Shown: positions 54,816 to 63,718, counted from the first letter of the stretch. The stretch: 63,973 nucleotides of DNA from a virus (IMGVR_UViG_3300008114_000027:1-63973), one strand, 5' to 3'. Notes: a model not told the origin generated them from the letters alone. Translations and numbers: made by a program.

Positions 54816-56721
54816 AATCTTCTTTGTAAATTGTTTCTGTCTTTAAGAATTGATTGTTTGGTCTCATGCTGTACTTCTCCACGTCCAGCTCCACCTTCTG
54901 CGACTCGGGCTTTGGGATGGGTATGGAGGACTGGCTCGGTGTAAGGTACATCTCCACAGCCTTGCCCATCTCGTCGACCCCTCCAAACAGGAACCTCCTC
55001 TGCCTGAAGTCGTACTCGATGGTTATCGTCCCCTTGATTCCGGTGATCTTCTGCTTCTTGATCTTGAGGAACGCCACCTGAGCGGTCGGGTCTGTCGGGT
55101 CCTCTTGGTGGTTGGGCCTGTGGTACATCATTATGTTGTCCACCTTGTTGTTCCACATCGCCCCGCCGGCAAGGTCAAACACCCCGGGCATCGGGTAGTT
55201 CTGGCTGCCCTCCTTCCTCATCGCCTTGGGGTGGGCAACGATGTCCATGTAGACGTTGTTGATCTGGGCGAACCTCTGCACGTCGCTGAGGAATGTCTCG
55301 AGGTACTTGTCGTCCCTGCCGCCGGACTTGGAATAATCGTTCGCCATCTGATTGAACGGGTCTATCACGCACCCGTCCACGCTCTCCTTGATGATGAGCT
55401 CCAAGAACTTCTCCTTTATGTAGTCGGGCGTCGGGGTGATCGACACGGGGTCCAAGAAGAAGAAGTGCTTCGATACCCAGTCGTATGCCCACTCGTACCT
55501 TGCCCTGTTCGGCCTGTTCGGGTTAGCAACGTCGGTGCTGGCACCTAGCAGCATCTCCACTAGGTCGATGTAGAACTCCTCTGCGGGGTTATCCTCCGGC
55601 GCAAATATCGCCCACTTCTCCTTGAACATGATAGACCTCAAGAGCATCAGGTACTTTGACCACAGACCCTTCCCGTAGTTACCTATACCGGACAGCAGGG
55701 TGATCTCCTTCTTCCTGCGCTTGAAGTGCTTGTCAAGCATCGGTATGTTCCATGGCTTGACAGCCTCACGGCCAGAGTCGTATATCTGCATGGCGTTCTC
55801 CTTCACGTCCTCGCCGTACAGCACATCCTTCGCCTTGACGCTCGGGTCGTAGAAGTCGTCGCTCCTTGAGATCACGACCTCGTCACGTGACTTAGAATCG
55901 ACTAACACACCGTTAGTCATAGTAGCGGACCCGAAAATGTTTTGAGGCGATTTATAGGCGCTCTTAATAGCCGACACGCACTCCTGCTCGCTGAACGATG
56001 AGTTGTTTATCGCGTAGCTTCCAACGATCAGGTACACCGCGTTGGTCTCCGGGATGCCGTAGCGGCAGCACGCGGACGCCAGCTTGTAGATGTACGAGTT
56101 CCTCTCACCTGTACGGAAGGCGTCGTTGCGGTTGGCTAGCCACTTGATGATCGTCTGGTATATCGCCGTGTAGTCCGTCACCACCTCGACAGACTTCACC
56201 TTGGTCTGGCTTAACAGCTTAGTGAACACCTTGGCGTCTTCCCTTACAAGAATCTCCGGGTCGTGTGACTCGTAGCACACACGGCTGACGTTCACGCCAG
56301 ACCTGTCCACTGTCGGGAACAGCTCACGCAGGGCATCAAAGTGTTCGCGGTGTTTGGACCCGTCGGCTATGCGTACAAGAGCCTTGACGCCGTTACCTCC
56401 CGGGCTTACCCAGCACGCGTAGATGTACTCCGTGGTGAACAGGTTACGCTTGAAGTCGTCTACATCCTCCACGTCGTCAAAGTCTAGGACGATGAACCCG
56501 CTGTGCTCGATCAGCCCGCTGTCCACCCGCTCGTTAAACTTTCCGCTGAAGCATACACTGGGCAGGTTCTTCTTTAAATTGTTTGCCCTGTCCTTGTCGA
56601 TCTGTGTCCTGATCTCGGCTATGCGCTCGGCGCTCTTGCCCTTGCGTATGCGGTCTATCGCAACCTCAACGCTTACATAGTGTGGCGTCCTGTCGAATAT
56701 GTTTGAGAATATTGTTATCAT
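54772..56721 (-). CDS. BT4734/VirE-N-type primase fused to PriCT and SF4-like helicase
   Basis: KKNLP.V.FSG.F, HSG.IVLDFD, SPGGNGVK and SR.CY.SHDP; GERN..IYKLA (PriCT); GIGNYGK, VIDPFN, VAHP.K and LAGGAMWNNKVDN. Confidence 0.85.
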   Translation of the reverse strand: MITIFSNIFDRTPHYVSVEVAIDRIRKGKSAERIAEIRTQIDKDRANNLKKNLPSVCFSGKFNERVDSGLIEHSGFIVLDFDDVEDVDDFKRNLFTTEYIYACWVSPGGNGVKALVRIADGSKHREHFDALRELFPTVDRSGVNVSRVCYESHDPEILVREDAKVFTKLLSQTKVKSVEVVTDYTAIYQTIIKWLANRNDAFRTGERNSYIYKLASACCRYGIPETNAVYLIVGSYAINNSSFSEQECVSAIKSAYKSPQNIFGSATMTNGVLVDSKSRDEVVISRSDDFYDPSVKAKDVLYGEDVKENAMQIYDSGREAVKPWNIPMLDKHFKRRKKEITLLSGIGNYGKGLWSKYLMLLRSIMFKEKWAIFAPEDNPAEEFYIDLVEMLLGASTDVANPNRPNRARYEWAYDWVSKHFFFLDPVSITPTPDYIKEKFLELIIKESVDGCVIDPFNQMANDYSKSGGRDDKYLETFLSDVQRFAQINNVYMDIVAHPKAMRKEGSQNYPMPGVFDLAGGAMWNNKVDNIMMYHRPNHQEDPTDPTAQVAFLKIKKQKITGIKGTITIEYDFRQRRFLFGGVDEMGKAVEMYLTPSQSSIPIPKPESQKVELDVEKYSMRPNNQFLKTETIYKEDYEQDETPTSDKAPF

Positions 56722-57530
56722 CCGTTGTATGGTATCTTGTTTATGTTATCGTCTGTCTTGAACTCCCCGTGCTCGTAGCACTCGTACCGCTGCCCGTCCT
56801 TTGACCACTGCTTCCAGAACACCTTGCGTTCCGTGTCGTAGAACACCCCGGTCGCCCCTCGCTTTACAGACCCGCTCTTCGCGTCTAGCCTGTAACGGTC
56901 GTTCTGCTCCCTGCTGATCCAAGACTGCATCTTGTTCTTCCAGCTCTTGACCTTCTTACCCTCTGCGTCTATCCACCCACACCTGTCGTAGTAGTCGAAG
57001 AACAGCTTTGCGAATACGGAGTCGAACCCGTTCTCTTTTGCATACAGCTCGACCGCAGAGAACTCTGGTATGACAAACATTTTTGTTTTTCCCTTACTAT
57101 CATTTATCTTACTATTAGTATTAATATTACTATATGTCGGATTGCCATCCGACCCGGATTCGGATTGCCATCCGAGTTTGCTCGGATTCAGATCCGAGTT
57201 ATCCGGATTCAGATCCGAGTTTATTCTAGAGTTCCACTCGTTACAAACGGGTAACATCCTGTACAAATCCTTGTTGTCTTTTTTAATATATTCAATAAGC
57301 CCAAGATCTTTTAACCTTGTGAACCATCTATACACCGTGTCTGGCTTGCTCGTGATGTATGGTATGTCAGAGACTACCTTGCCCCTGCTTACCCACTTGT
57401 ATACCTTGTCGTCTACTAGTACGTCATTAGCCCAAGTCAACGACTCGCGCAAGTAACTTAGGAAGGCAGACTGTTCGATAGTGAGTTTGTGTTTGACCAT
57501 AAACTCCGCATCTATGTTAATGTATTTCAT
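56718..57530 (-). CDS. Replication initiator (lambda O-like architecture)
   Basis: N-terminal winged-HTH-like region, central repeat-encoded linker, C-terminal FFDYY...GW......VKSWK; directly upstream of the primase-helicase. Confidence 0.7.
   Translation of the reverse strand: MKYINIDAEFMVKHKLTIEQSAFLSYLRESLTWANDVLVDDKVYKWVSRGKVVSDIPYITSKPDTVYRWFTRLKDLGLIEYIKKDNKDLYRMLPVCNEWNSRINSDLNPDNSDLNPSKLGWQSESGSDGNPTYSNINTNSKINDSKGKTKMFVIPEFSAVELYAKENGFDSVFAKLFFDYYDRCGWIDAEGKKVKSWKNKMQSWISREQNDRYRLDAKSGSVKRGATGVFYDTERKVFWKQWSKDGQRYECYEHGEFKTDDNINKIPYNG
57137..57218. repeat. Four iterons, putative replication origin
   Basis: CGGAT-N4-ATCCGA units starting at 57137, 57160, 57182 and 57203, next to an AT-rich tract at about 57080-57135. 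Confidence 0.75.
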
Positions 57531-57540
57531 ATTATTAAAA

Positions 57541-57640
57541 TAAAAAAACCCCTAGGTACGAGCTAGGGGTTGAGTTAGGCAAGGTTTTTAATCTTACCTG
57601 CCCAAACCCTAGAAGGCTCGTACTTCTTCTAGGGACTGGG
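57541..57640 (-). promoter_or_regulatory. Structured leader or attenuator of the replication operon
   Basis: Three hairpins; the last is a terminator with a U7 tract just before the ATG. TATATTTG element at 57668-57675. Confidence 0.7.
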
Positions 57641-57710
57641 AATATGCTATATGTAAATATGCTGTCGCAAATATATGATAAACTCGCTACAAAATAAAAT
57701 ACAACAAGTG

Positions 57711-58151
57711 TTAAATACTTCTTTGGTCTTCATGTGTTGCCCCACAATTTTCACAATCCTCAAATCTCATTTCTGCAAAATCACTTGGGTTAATGCACAT
57801 GTTTATTACCCTTATTGTGTAGTCACTTGGCATGAATGATATTAAGTTTACCTCGTGTTCACATCGCTTGCAAGGTATTTTTTTATAAACTACGCGATTC
57901 TTTTTTTCGTAAAACAGTTCGTCGGAATCTGAAACGCCTTTAATACATATACTAACCATTCCTTTGCAATCTACTTTCACCAACTCCCCGTCTACCTCTT
58001 TCTTCATTTGACGATCTTGTACCTCAGCCACAATAAAGTCATCTACAATACTTCTAACCACCTTGTAGTTTGGGCTTTTACCAACAACGCTTATCTCCAT
58101 AATAACTACGTTAGTGCCTACTGTTATTTCGTTTCCTTGTGAATCTTTCAT
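57711..58151 (-). CDS. Hypothetical protein with C-terminal Zn ribbon
   Basis: CKRC...CENC; low GC. Confidence 0.65.
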   Translation of the reverse strand: MKDSQGNEITVGTNVVIMEISVVGKSPNYKVVRSIVDDFIVAEVQDRQMKKEVDGELVKVDCKGMVSICIKGVSDSDELFYEKKNRVVYKKIPCKRCEHEVNLISFMPSDYTIRVINMCINPSDFAEMRFEDCENCGATHEDQRSI

Positions 58152-58178
58152 TTTGTTTTTATTGTTTAACAAATATAA

Positions 58179-58466
58179 TCAAACTTCTTGTCTAATTGTT
58201 TTGTGGTACTTGCCATCCTTGTTGATGGTTGTCCGGATAGTGGGCACGGGGTGCAGGTCGTAGCACACGTTAAGCTCCACGACCTCGCCGTACACGTCGA
58301 CTTTTTTATTTCTTACCACGCGCGTTTCTAATAGGTACGTGTCGCCAACCTTGTACTTGGTGTTCTCCTCAATGAACTTCTTCTCCAGCGCGACCATGGC
58401 GGCGCGGATTTCCATGTGCTTCTTGTGTGACCTAGACCTGTAGTCTAGCAATTCCTGTGGTGTCAT
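58179..58466 (-). CDS. Hypothetical protein (95 aa)
   Basis: ORF in the - strand run. Confidence 0.7.
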   Translation of the reverse strand: MTPQELLDYRSRSHKKHMEIRAAMVALEKKFIEENTKYKVGDTYLLETRVVRNKKVDVYGEVVELNVCYDLHPVPTIRTTINKDGKYHKTIRQEV

Positions 58467-58630
58467 ATGAACTGATTTATGTTGTAAGGTTTTAACTCCC
58501 CCGTGTCGTCGATGACAAGGTAGTGAGGGCTGTTCATCACAGCCTTGACGGTGTAAGACACCCCGTGCGTCAGGCGACGGGATGTCGGGTTGTGGGCTAC
58601 CACAACAAATTCTTTAAAGAACAGGTCCAT
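58463..58630 (-). CDS. Small hypothetical protein (55 aa; not in ORF track)
   Basis: MDLFFKEFVVVAHNPTS...; ATGA coupling. Confidence 0.6.
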   Translation of the reverse strand: MDLFFKEFVVVAHNPTSRRLTHGVSYTVKAVMNSPHYLVIDDTGELKPYNINQFI

Positions 58631-58673
58631 CTATTTAAAGGAAGGGGCTATTTGTTTAATTAGGCAAGCGAGA

Positions 58674-59693
58674 TTATTTCTTCAGCCATTCAGATACCGA
58701 CCAGTAGGGCGTGATCTCGTGCTTGTCAGGGTCTAGGGTGAAGCACGGGAAGTGGTCCTGATGCTTTAGGGAGAACAGCCTCTTGCCGTAGCCGCTGTTC
58801 TGCAAGCTGCCGCTGTTCAACGCCACGCGAGTGGTGCCGCCCTCCATGTACTTGATTAGCCCGGCAACGTGGCTGTCCCCTGCCGCGCAGATCTCACGGT
58901 CGTTAGCCTCCATTCGCATGTAGCGCATCTGCCCGTGTACAGGGTTCATCATCGTGCGGCCCCTGAAGAAGTGAGCCACAGCCAGCTTGTACACCTGCTT
59001 GCCAACCTTCATGTCCACGTGGCCGATCCCTGAATGGTAGATGGTGTGGCGCTTGAATATCTCCGCATACGCAGAGTACCCCACAGCGTTCTCCTCACGC
59101 ATTACAGAGTGGTTGTCCCACGTTGAGCAGATAACCTTGTGCTTGACAGACATTAGCCAGCTCTCCAAGAAACGGATCTGCCAGTAAGGAGGCAGCGCGT
59201 TGTCGGAAACTTCCAGCACACCGCGTAGTTTTATGGACATTTGAAGCAAATCTCCGACAAGGATCACATACAAATTAGGCGTGTTTATGATCTCATCCGT
59301 GATGGCGATCAGCTTGTCGTAGTCGGTAGCCCAAGAACCCATGTGCGTGTCCCCTAATACAAGGACGCATATAGGCTTTTTTGATTTAATCTCCCAGCTC
59401 GCGTAGTCTTGAGATCCCTTGTGGGTCTTGAATATATTCTGAAAGTCTTGCAAGGGCTTGATAGCGTTCCTCCAGTCGAACTCCCCCATCTCTACCTTGT
59501 CGGTGCTGATGTCCTCGGTGCCGTACTGCTTGAGGTCGCGCCCCTTGCGGACTATGTTCTCGTTGTACTTGGTTGCAATGTTACTCGGCGTGGTGTTATA
59601 CTTTGGAGCTAGGCGCCTGCCGTATGCCCTGATAGATTCGCCGGCCATGAAAGGCTCCTGCTCAAAAATTTTCTCCCAACGTTTTTCTGCCAT
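58674..59693 (-). CDS. Calcineurin-like metallophosphoesterase
   Basis: GDTH, GDLL, DNH, AH and GDSH motifs in the expected order. Confidence 0.8.
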   Translation of the reverse strand: MAEKRWEKIFEQEPFMAGESIRAYGRRLAPKYNTTPSNIATKYNENIVRKGRDLKQYGTEDISTDKVEMGEFDWRNAIKPLQDFQNIFKTHKGSQDYASWEIKSKKPICVLVLGDTHMGSWATDYDKLIAITDEIINTPNLYVILVGDLLQMSIKLRGVLEVSDNALPPYWQIRFLESWLMSVKHKVICSTWDNHSVMREENAVGYSAYAEIFKRHTIYHSGIGHVDMKVGKQVYKLAVAHFFRGRTMMNPVHGQMRYMRMEANDREICAAGDSHVAGLIKYMEGGTTRVALNSGSLQNSGYGKRLFSLKHQDHFPCFTLDPDKHEITPYWSVSEWLKK

Positions 59694-59701
59694 GTGTGTT
59701 A

Positions 59702-60028
59702 TTATTTTTCGCCATCGGCGAGTATGAATGAATCAACGCCATACTTCTGTACTGACCATGCCTTTATAAAGGACTCGTACTCCACGTCTATAAGGTACTC
59801 AGCCCCAGTCATCGTTGTGATGTGGGCTATCATCTTCTCCTTCTTACCTATCACGCACTCGATACACTTTGCGGACTCGATGCACTCCATGTCAATCGCT
59901 ATGGCGTACCACCCCTCCTCCACGTCGTCATCGTTCACGGGTATGCCAAGCCTTGAAGCCTCGTCCTCAACGTCGCTGATGTTTGACCATAAGTAATGAG
60001 TAATCAAGATTCTCGCTTTGTCGGACAT
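59702..60028 (-). CDS. Hypothetical protein (108 aa)
   Basis: Start at ATG 60028, downstream of TACTTTTG at 60047-60054. Confidence 0.65.
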   Translation of the reverse strand: MSDKARILITHYLWSNISDVEDEASRLGIPVNDDDVEEGWYAIAIDMECIESAKCIECVIGKKEKMIAHITTMTGAEYLIDVEYESFIKAWSVQKYGVDSFILADGEK

Positions 60029-60087
60029 GGGCGTAAGTGTGAGTAGCAAAAGTATAGAACAAATCGACGCGATAAACACAGCGCGTG

Positions 60088-60531
60088 TTAAAAAAGTTCT
60101 ACCTGCTCGTTAGGGTACGGGACCTGAACGTCAAGTGTCTCGGCAGCAAAACGGATCACGCGGTCGACGTAGTCGTTGAACTCCACCGTGCTCAAAGACT
60201 TGGTTTCTTTTATCACGCTAAGCACCTCACCAGTCTCCGGGACTATGTACTCGCGGCGGCAGAACCTGTCCTTCAAGAAGTCGTGGGTCTCCTCGACCGT
60301 GACGTCCCAGCCATACTCCACCAGACGCGCATACACAATAGGTACGACGACAGCCCAGTAGTAGCTGTTCTGCTTGCCGGACCGTCGCCTTGCCCTCTTC
60401 TGTATGGTGACCTTGAGGTCGGTGTCGCCAATGTTCCTGATGTAGCTGAGCATGTCAGCCCTGTTGTAGATTATCAGCCTGCCGTCCTTTGACTCGCCAT
60501 GGAATGATACCTTCATGACCTGATCCTCCAC
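60088..60531 (-). CDS. NinB/YbcN-like protein
   Basis: RRSGKQNSYYW, E..HDFLK..F and TKSLST.EF.DY...V..FA motifs. Confidence 0.75.
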   Translation of the reverse strand: MEDQVMKVSFHGESKDGRLIIYNRADMLSYIRNIGDTDLKVTIQKRARRRSGKQNSYYWAVVVPIVYARLVEYGWDVTVEETHDFLKDRFCRREYIVPETGEVLSVIKETKSLSTVEFNDYVDRVIRFAAETLDVQVPYPNEQVELF

Positions 60532-60785
60532 ACGTGCTCGCTCTTCCCGTACATCCCCTTCTTCTTGACGTCAGACTTTATGAGGTAGCCACGCGCCGTC
60601 AGGTCCGTGAGGGTGCGGCGTATGCTCGTGATCGGGTACACCTTTAAAGCCTCGTAGATGTGTGAGGGCTGCCACTCGCCAACAGACTGGAACAGTCTTA
60701 GCACCACGGCCTCTTGCTTCTCGTTCTTCTGAATAGACACGGAAAGATCCGCGCCTGTCTCGTTTGTTGTGTTGTAGTATGTCAT
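60513..60785 (-). CDS. Winged-HTH protein
   Basis: PITSIRRTLTDLT..G.L.K......G.YG. Confidence 0.65.
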   Translation of the reverse strand: MTYYNTTNETGADLSVSIQKNEKQEAVVLRLFQSVGEWQPSHIYEALKVYPITSIRRTLTDLTARGYLIKSDVKKKGMYGKSEHVWRIRS

Positions 60786-61663
60786 CCTTCAAAATTTAAT
60801 TCTAACTCTGTCTGACTTCTCTGTGATAGATCGTTGACCCCGCACATCCCGTTGCACTCGAATAGAGGCTCGACGTTGCGCCTTGGCATGTCGTCTATGC
60901 ACTTGTTGTTGGGGTAATCTTTGTGAGGCTTCAAGAACACTAGGTGACTCTTAGGGTCGTGCTTCTTATTCTCCATGGCATCATACGACTGGTCCTTTAG
61001 CATCGTAACGGGTTCACCCTTCAGCTCGGTAAGCTCGTGCTCCAGATCAGCCATCACGTTGAACTTGTCGGGGAAGTCGACCTGCATCTTCTGCCAGTAA
61101 CCTATCCCGCCCTGAACACATCCCGTGTTGAAGCAGTTGTTGTTCTTAAAGCCCAGCCTGTACATCAGGGGAACTTCTATGCCAGCCTTCTCGACAAGGT
61201 CGATACAGTCCTGCTTGTTGTACCCAAGCATGAGCAGCGGGTATATAGCCTTCGTCCTCTTGCCGTGATTCATTGTCATCGACAGCGCCCTGTTAAACTC
61301 TTTCCTCTCGAACTCGAAGCCGAACACTTGGTGCTCGTACTCGTTCTGCTTCTCCCACTTCTCCCTTACAAGCCTCTTAAGGTTCGTTGAGCATATAGCC
61401 CCGGTAGCCGTGTTCAGAGACTTGAACCTGCGCCACACATCAAATATGTTCCCGTACTTCTCACCTATACCGGTGATCACCTCTATGCTCAAGCCATACC
61501 ATTTCTCGCAGTCATCCTTGAAACGGTACGTGTCGGGGTGCTCGTTCTGTGTGTCGATCATGACAACCCTGCACCTGTCCTTTCCGTACAGATCAATTGC
61601 AACCTTGCAGGCCACTGCGGACGTTACGCCCCCGCTCCACCAGCATACTATGCTATTACTCAT
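60782..61663 (-). CDS. PAPS-reductase-like, PP-loop family protein
   Basis: WWSGGVTSAVA PP-loop, EHPDTYRF, C...LK, NNNC..GCV.GG.GYW and C-terminal C...C. Confidence 0.75.
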   Translation of the reverse strand: MSNSIVCWWSGGVTSAVACKVAIDLYGKDRCRVVMIDTQNEHPDTYRFKDDCEKWYGLSIEVITGIGEKYGNIFDVWRRFKSLNTATGAICSTNLKRLVREKWEKQNEYEHQVFGFEFERKEFNRALSMTMNHGKRTKAIYPLLMLGYNKQDCIDLVEKAGIEVPLMYRLGFKNNNCFNTGCVQGGIGYWQKMQVDFPDKFNVMADLEHELTELKGEPVTMLKDQSYDAMENKKHDPKSHLVFLKPHKDYPNNKCIDDMPRRNVEPLFECNGMCGVNDLSQRSQTELELNFEG

Positions 61664-61674
61664 TGTATTGTTTT

Positions 61675-61875
61675 TTAATTTATGCACACAGCGTTAGGGT
61701 TCTCGCTGTTCATCTCGTAGTCCCTTCCACTGAAGGACCCCTTACTCACGGCGTGGTGAACCAATTCAAAATCATTCCCCTCGTCATCGCACGCGAAGAT
61801 AACATCAAAATCTAATGCGTCGGGGTTTTGTTTTACAAACTGATTGATTAAATCAGCGTACTGTTTTAGTGTCAT
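61675..61875 (-). CDS. Hypothetical protein (66 aa)
   Basis: Coupled ORF; DDEGN motif. Confidence 0.7.
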   Translation of the reverse strand: MTLKQYADLINQFVKQNPDALDFDVIFACDDEGNDFELVHHAVSKGSFSGRDYEMNSENPNAVCIN

Positions 61876-62126
61876 TATATATCGAATTTTAAATTATAGC
61901 ATGATATTATTTCCCTGATCCTGTCCCTCATCTTCAGGGCAAGTTCCACCTCCTCCTCTGACGCTTCGCCTCCCGGGCTGACTATGCTGGCGCCGTACTT
62001 GACAACGCCGCGAAGTTCTTGGTCGAGGTCCTGCATGGCGTTAACCCAGCACGTGGACTCGAGGGCGTGGCGGGCGTTGATCTCGTCCCCGTCTTCAAAC
62101 TCCAAGGTAACCTTAGGCATTGTCAC
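61875..62126 (-). CDS. Hypothetical protein (about 81 aa)
   Basis: Coupled ORF. Confidence 0.7.
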   Translation of the reverse strand: MTMPKVTLEFEDGDEINARHALESTCWVNAMQDLDQELRGVVKYGASIVSPGGEASEEEVELALKMRDRIREIISCYNLKFDI

Positions 62127-62511
62127 CTCCTATGCACTTAGGGAACGTGCAGCTGTTGTTGCGCGTACAGCTCTCACCCTCTTTCTTTACCCCATTCCAA
62201 AAACACTCGTCATCAAGATTACCTTCATAAACATAGTTGCCTACCCAGTCATTACTGACAGAAATTACTTCTCCAGTAGCTGGCATATACATGCTATAGC
62301 CTGCAGAATAAACATAGATTCCGATAGGCAGTGTCCATACACCCTCTTCCAGTGGAGGAAGCAACGGTATCCCGTGAAGAACCTCAGAGTCTTTTAGTGG
62401 GAGGTGGGCAAGTGTTCTGGATAAAATATCTTGTGGATTGTTTTCATCTACCGTAGCCTTAGGGTCTACAACAAGTAGATACTTTTCGGTGTTAATTATT
62501 TTATGTATCAT
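62113..62511 (-). CDS. Hypothetical protein (132 aa)
   Basis: Coupled ORF. Confidence 0.65.
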   Translation of the reverse strand: MIHKIINTEKYLLVVDPKATVDENNPQDILSRTLAHLPLKDSEVLHGIPLLPPLEEGVWTLPIGIYVYSAGYSMYMPATGEVISVSNDWVGNYVYEGNLDDECFWNGVKKEGESCTRNNSCTFPKCIGGDNA

Positions 62512-62729
62512 TGCTCGTCTTCTTTTGTTGGAGGAATAATTGGTAGATAATCTTCGTGGTGTATTGTCTGCACACCCTCTAGGTATGCCTCCACAATCTG
62601 CTCGCGTTGCATTACCTTAGCCTGTTCAATCAGTTCATCAAATGTTGACCAGTCTAAACTTAGATGTGAGGATGAGCCATATTCTTCAAGCTGTTCCTTT
62701 AACCAGTCTACTGCTGTTAGTTTACTCAT
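62508..62729 (-). CDS. Small hypothetical protein (TAVDWL...EQAK.M.REQI..AY type)
   Basis: ATGA coupling; motif I associate with Bacteroidota phage small genes. Confidence 0.7.
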   Translation of the reverse strand: MSKLTAVDWLKEQLEEYGSSSHLSLDWSTFDELIEQAKVMQREQIVEAYLEGVQTIHHEDYLPIIPPTKEDEQ

Positions 62730-62747
62730 TGTGTTATGTGTTACTTG

Positions 62748-62903
62748 TTAATCCCATCTATTCTCCTCGGACTCTACCTGCCTGCGTACATTGTTCTCGT
62801 CAAGCTCCAGCATGCGAACAAACGCATCCTTGGGCGCAAGCCTACCGTTCCTCAGATCCCGGCAGCGGGTGTTCTTCTTGGGTAAGTGTCTCGGTACTCC
62901 CAT
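62748..62903 (-). CDS. Small hypothetical protein (51 aa; not in ORF track)
   Basis: MGVPRHLPKKNTRCRDL... fills the gap. Confidence 0.5.
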   Translation of the reverse strand: MGVPRHLPKKNTRCRDLRNGRLAPKDAFVRMLELDENNVRRQVESEENRWD

Positions 62904-62907
62904 GGCC

Positions 62908-63117
62908 CTACACATTATATACCGACACGTTTTCTATGTCACCCCACCACTCTACCATGCCAGCCTTGACGTTGCCAGTCAGGCGGGAGTATAGCGGGTC
63001 GGATGGCGAGATCCTGCTGCTGCTGTTCAACTCCTTGATCTCGGACTCCTCGAGGTCTAGCTCCTGATAGACCATCACCTCTACCTTGTACTGTAATCTT
63101 ACTTTCATAGTGTTCAT
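62908..63117 (-). CDS. Hypothetical protein (69 aa)
   Basis: ORF downstream of TATGTTTG at 63174-63181. Confidence 0.65.
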   Translation of the reverse strand: MNTMKVRLQYKVEVMVYQELDLEESEIKELNSSSRISPSDPLYSRLTGNVKAGMVEWWGDIENVSVYNV

Positions 63118-63214
63118 TATTTATATATGTTCCACCGTGCATTATATGCACACTGCACCGTGCTGCTGTGACGCAAACATACAAACAAGATCGCAACCAC
63201 AAAACCAAAAATTG

Positions 63215-63718
63215 TTAACGGCGAACAACACTACCCGGGTAGCCTCGAACCCTAGATCCCCTGTAACAGTAAGACGGGTTCACCCAGTAAACGTCCCTGT
63301 AACCGACAACCCCCAGTATGAAGCCGTACCGCTCCAGCTCCTCCACGCCAGCCTTGTAAGTATTTAAACTTACACCGGACTCCGATAGATACCTTGGCAC
63401 GTTAACCCACACGTACCCCTTGTTCAGATCCAGCTCGAACGTCACCCACACGAACAGCCTCAGAGCAGGGTTCCCCAAGTTCATCCACAGCAGCCTCCTC
63501 CCTCCACCCACATACAAAGACACCTTGTCGTCGCGCTCCAAGTCCGCAGACGCAGGTAACCACAGACCGTCACGGTCCTGCTCGTAACGACCCTCCACGA
63601 CGATAGAACTCACCGGGATCTCCACACCCCTAGATAACGGATTAACACCGATGCGCGAGTCGTCAACGTCGGGGCGGTAACTGCGCCTGTCAAAATTTGA
63701 TTTTTTGGAAGTAGCCAT
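63215..63718 (-). CDS. HTH protein, RepL-like C-terminal pattern
   Basis: GVSLNTYKAGVEEL...GFI......YWVNP.Y.YRG. Confidence 0.55.
   Translation of the reverse strand: MATSKKSNFDRRSYRPDVDDSRIGVNPLSRGVEIPVSSIVVEGRYEQDRDGLWLPASADLERDDKVSLYVGGGRRLLWMNLGNPALRLFVWVTFELDLNKGYVWVNVPRYLSESGVSLNTYKAGVEELERYGFILGVVGYRDVYWVNPSYCYRGSRVRGYPGSVVRR

Noticed and set aside
12857-63367. Numerous + strand ORFs opposite the long - strand genes
   Set aside because: Antisense shadows of genes with clear motifs; they lack leaders and have implausible composition.
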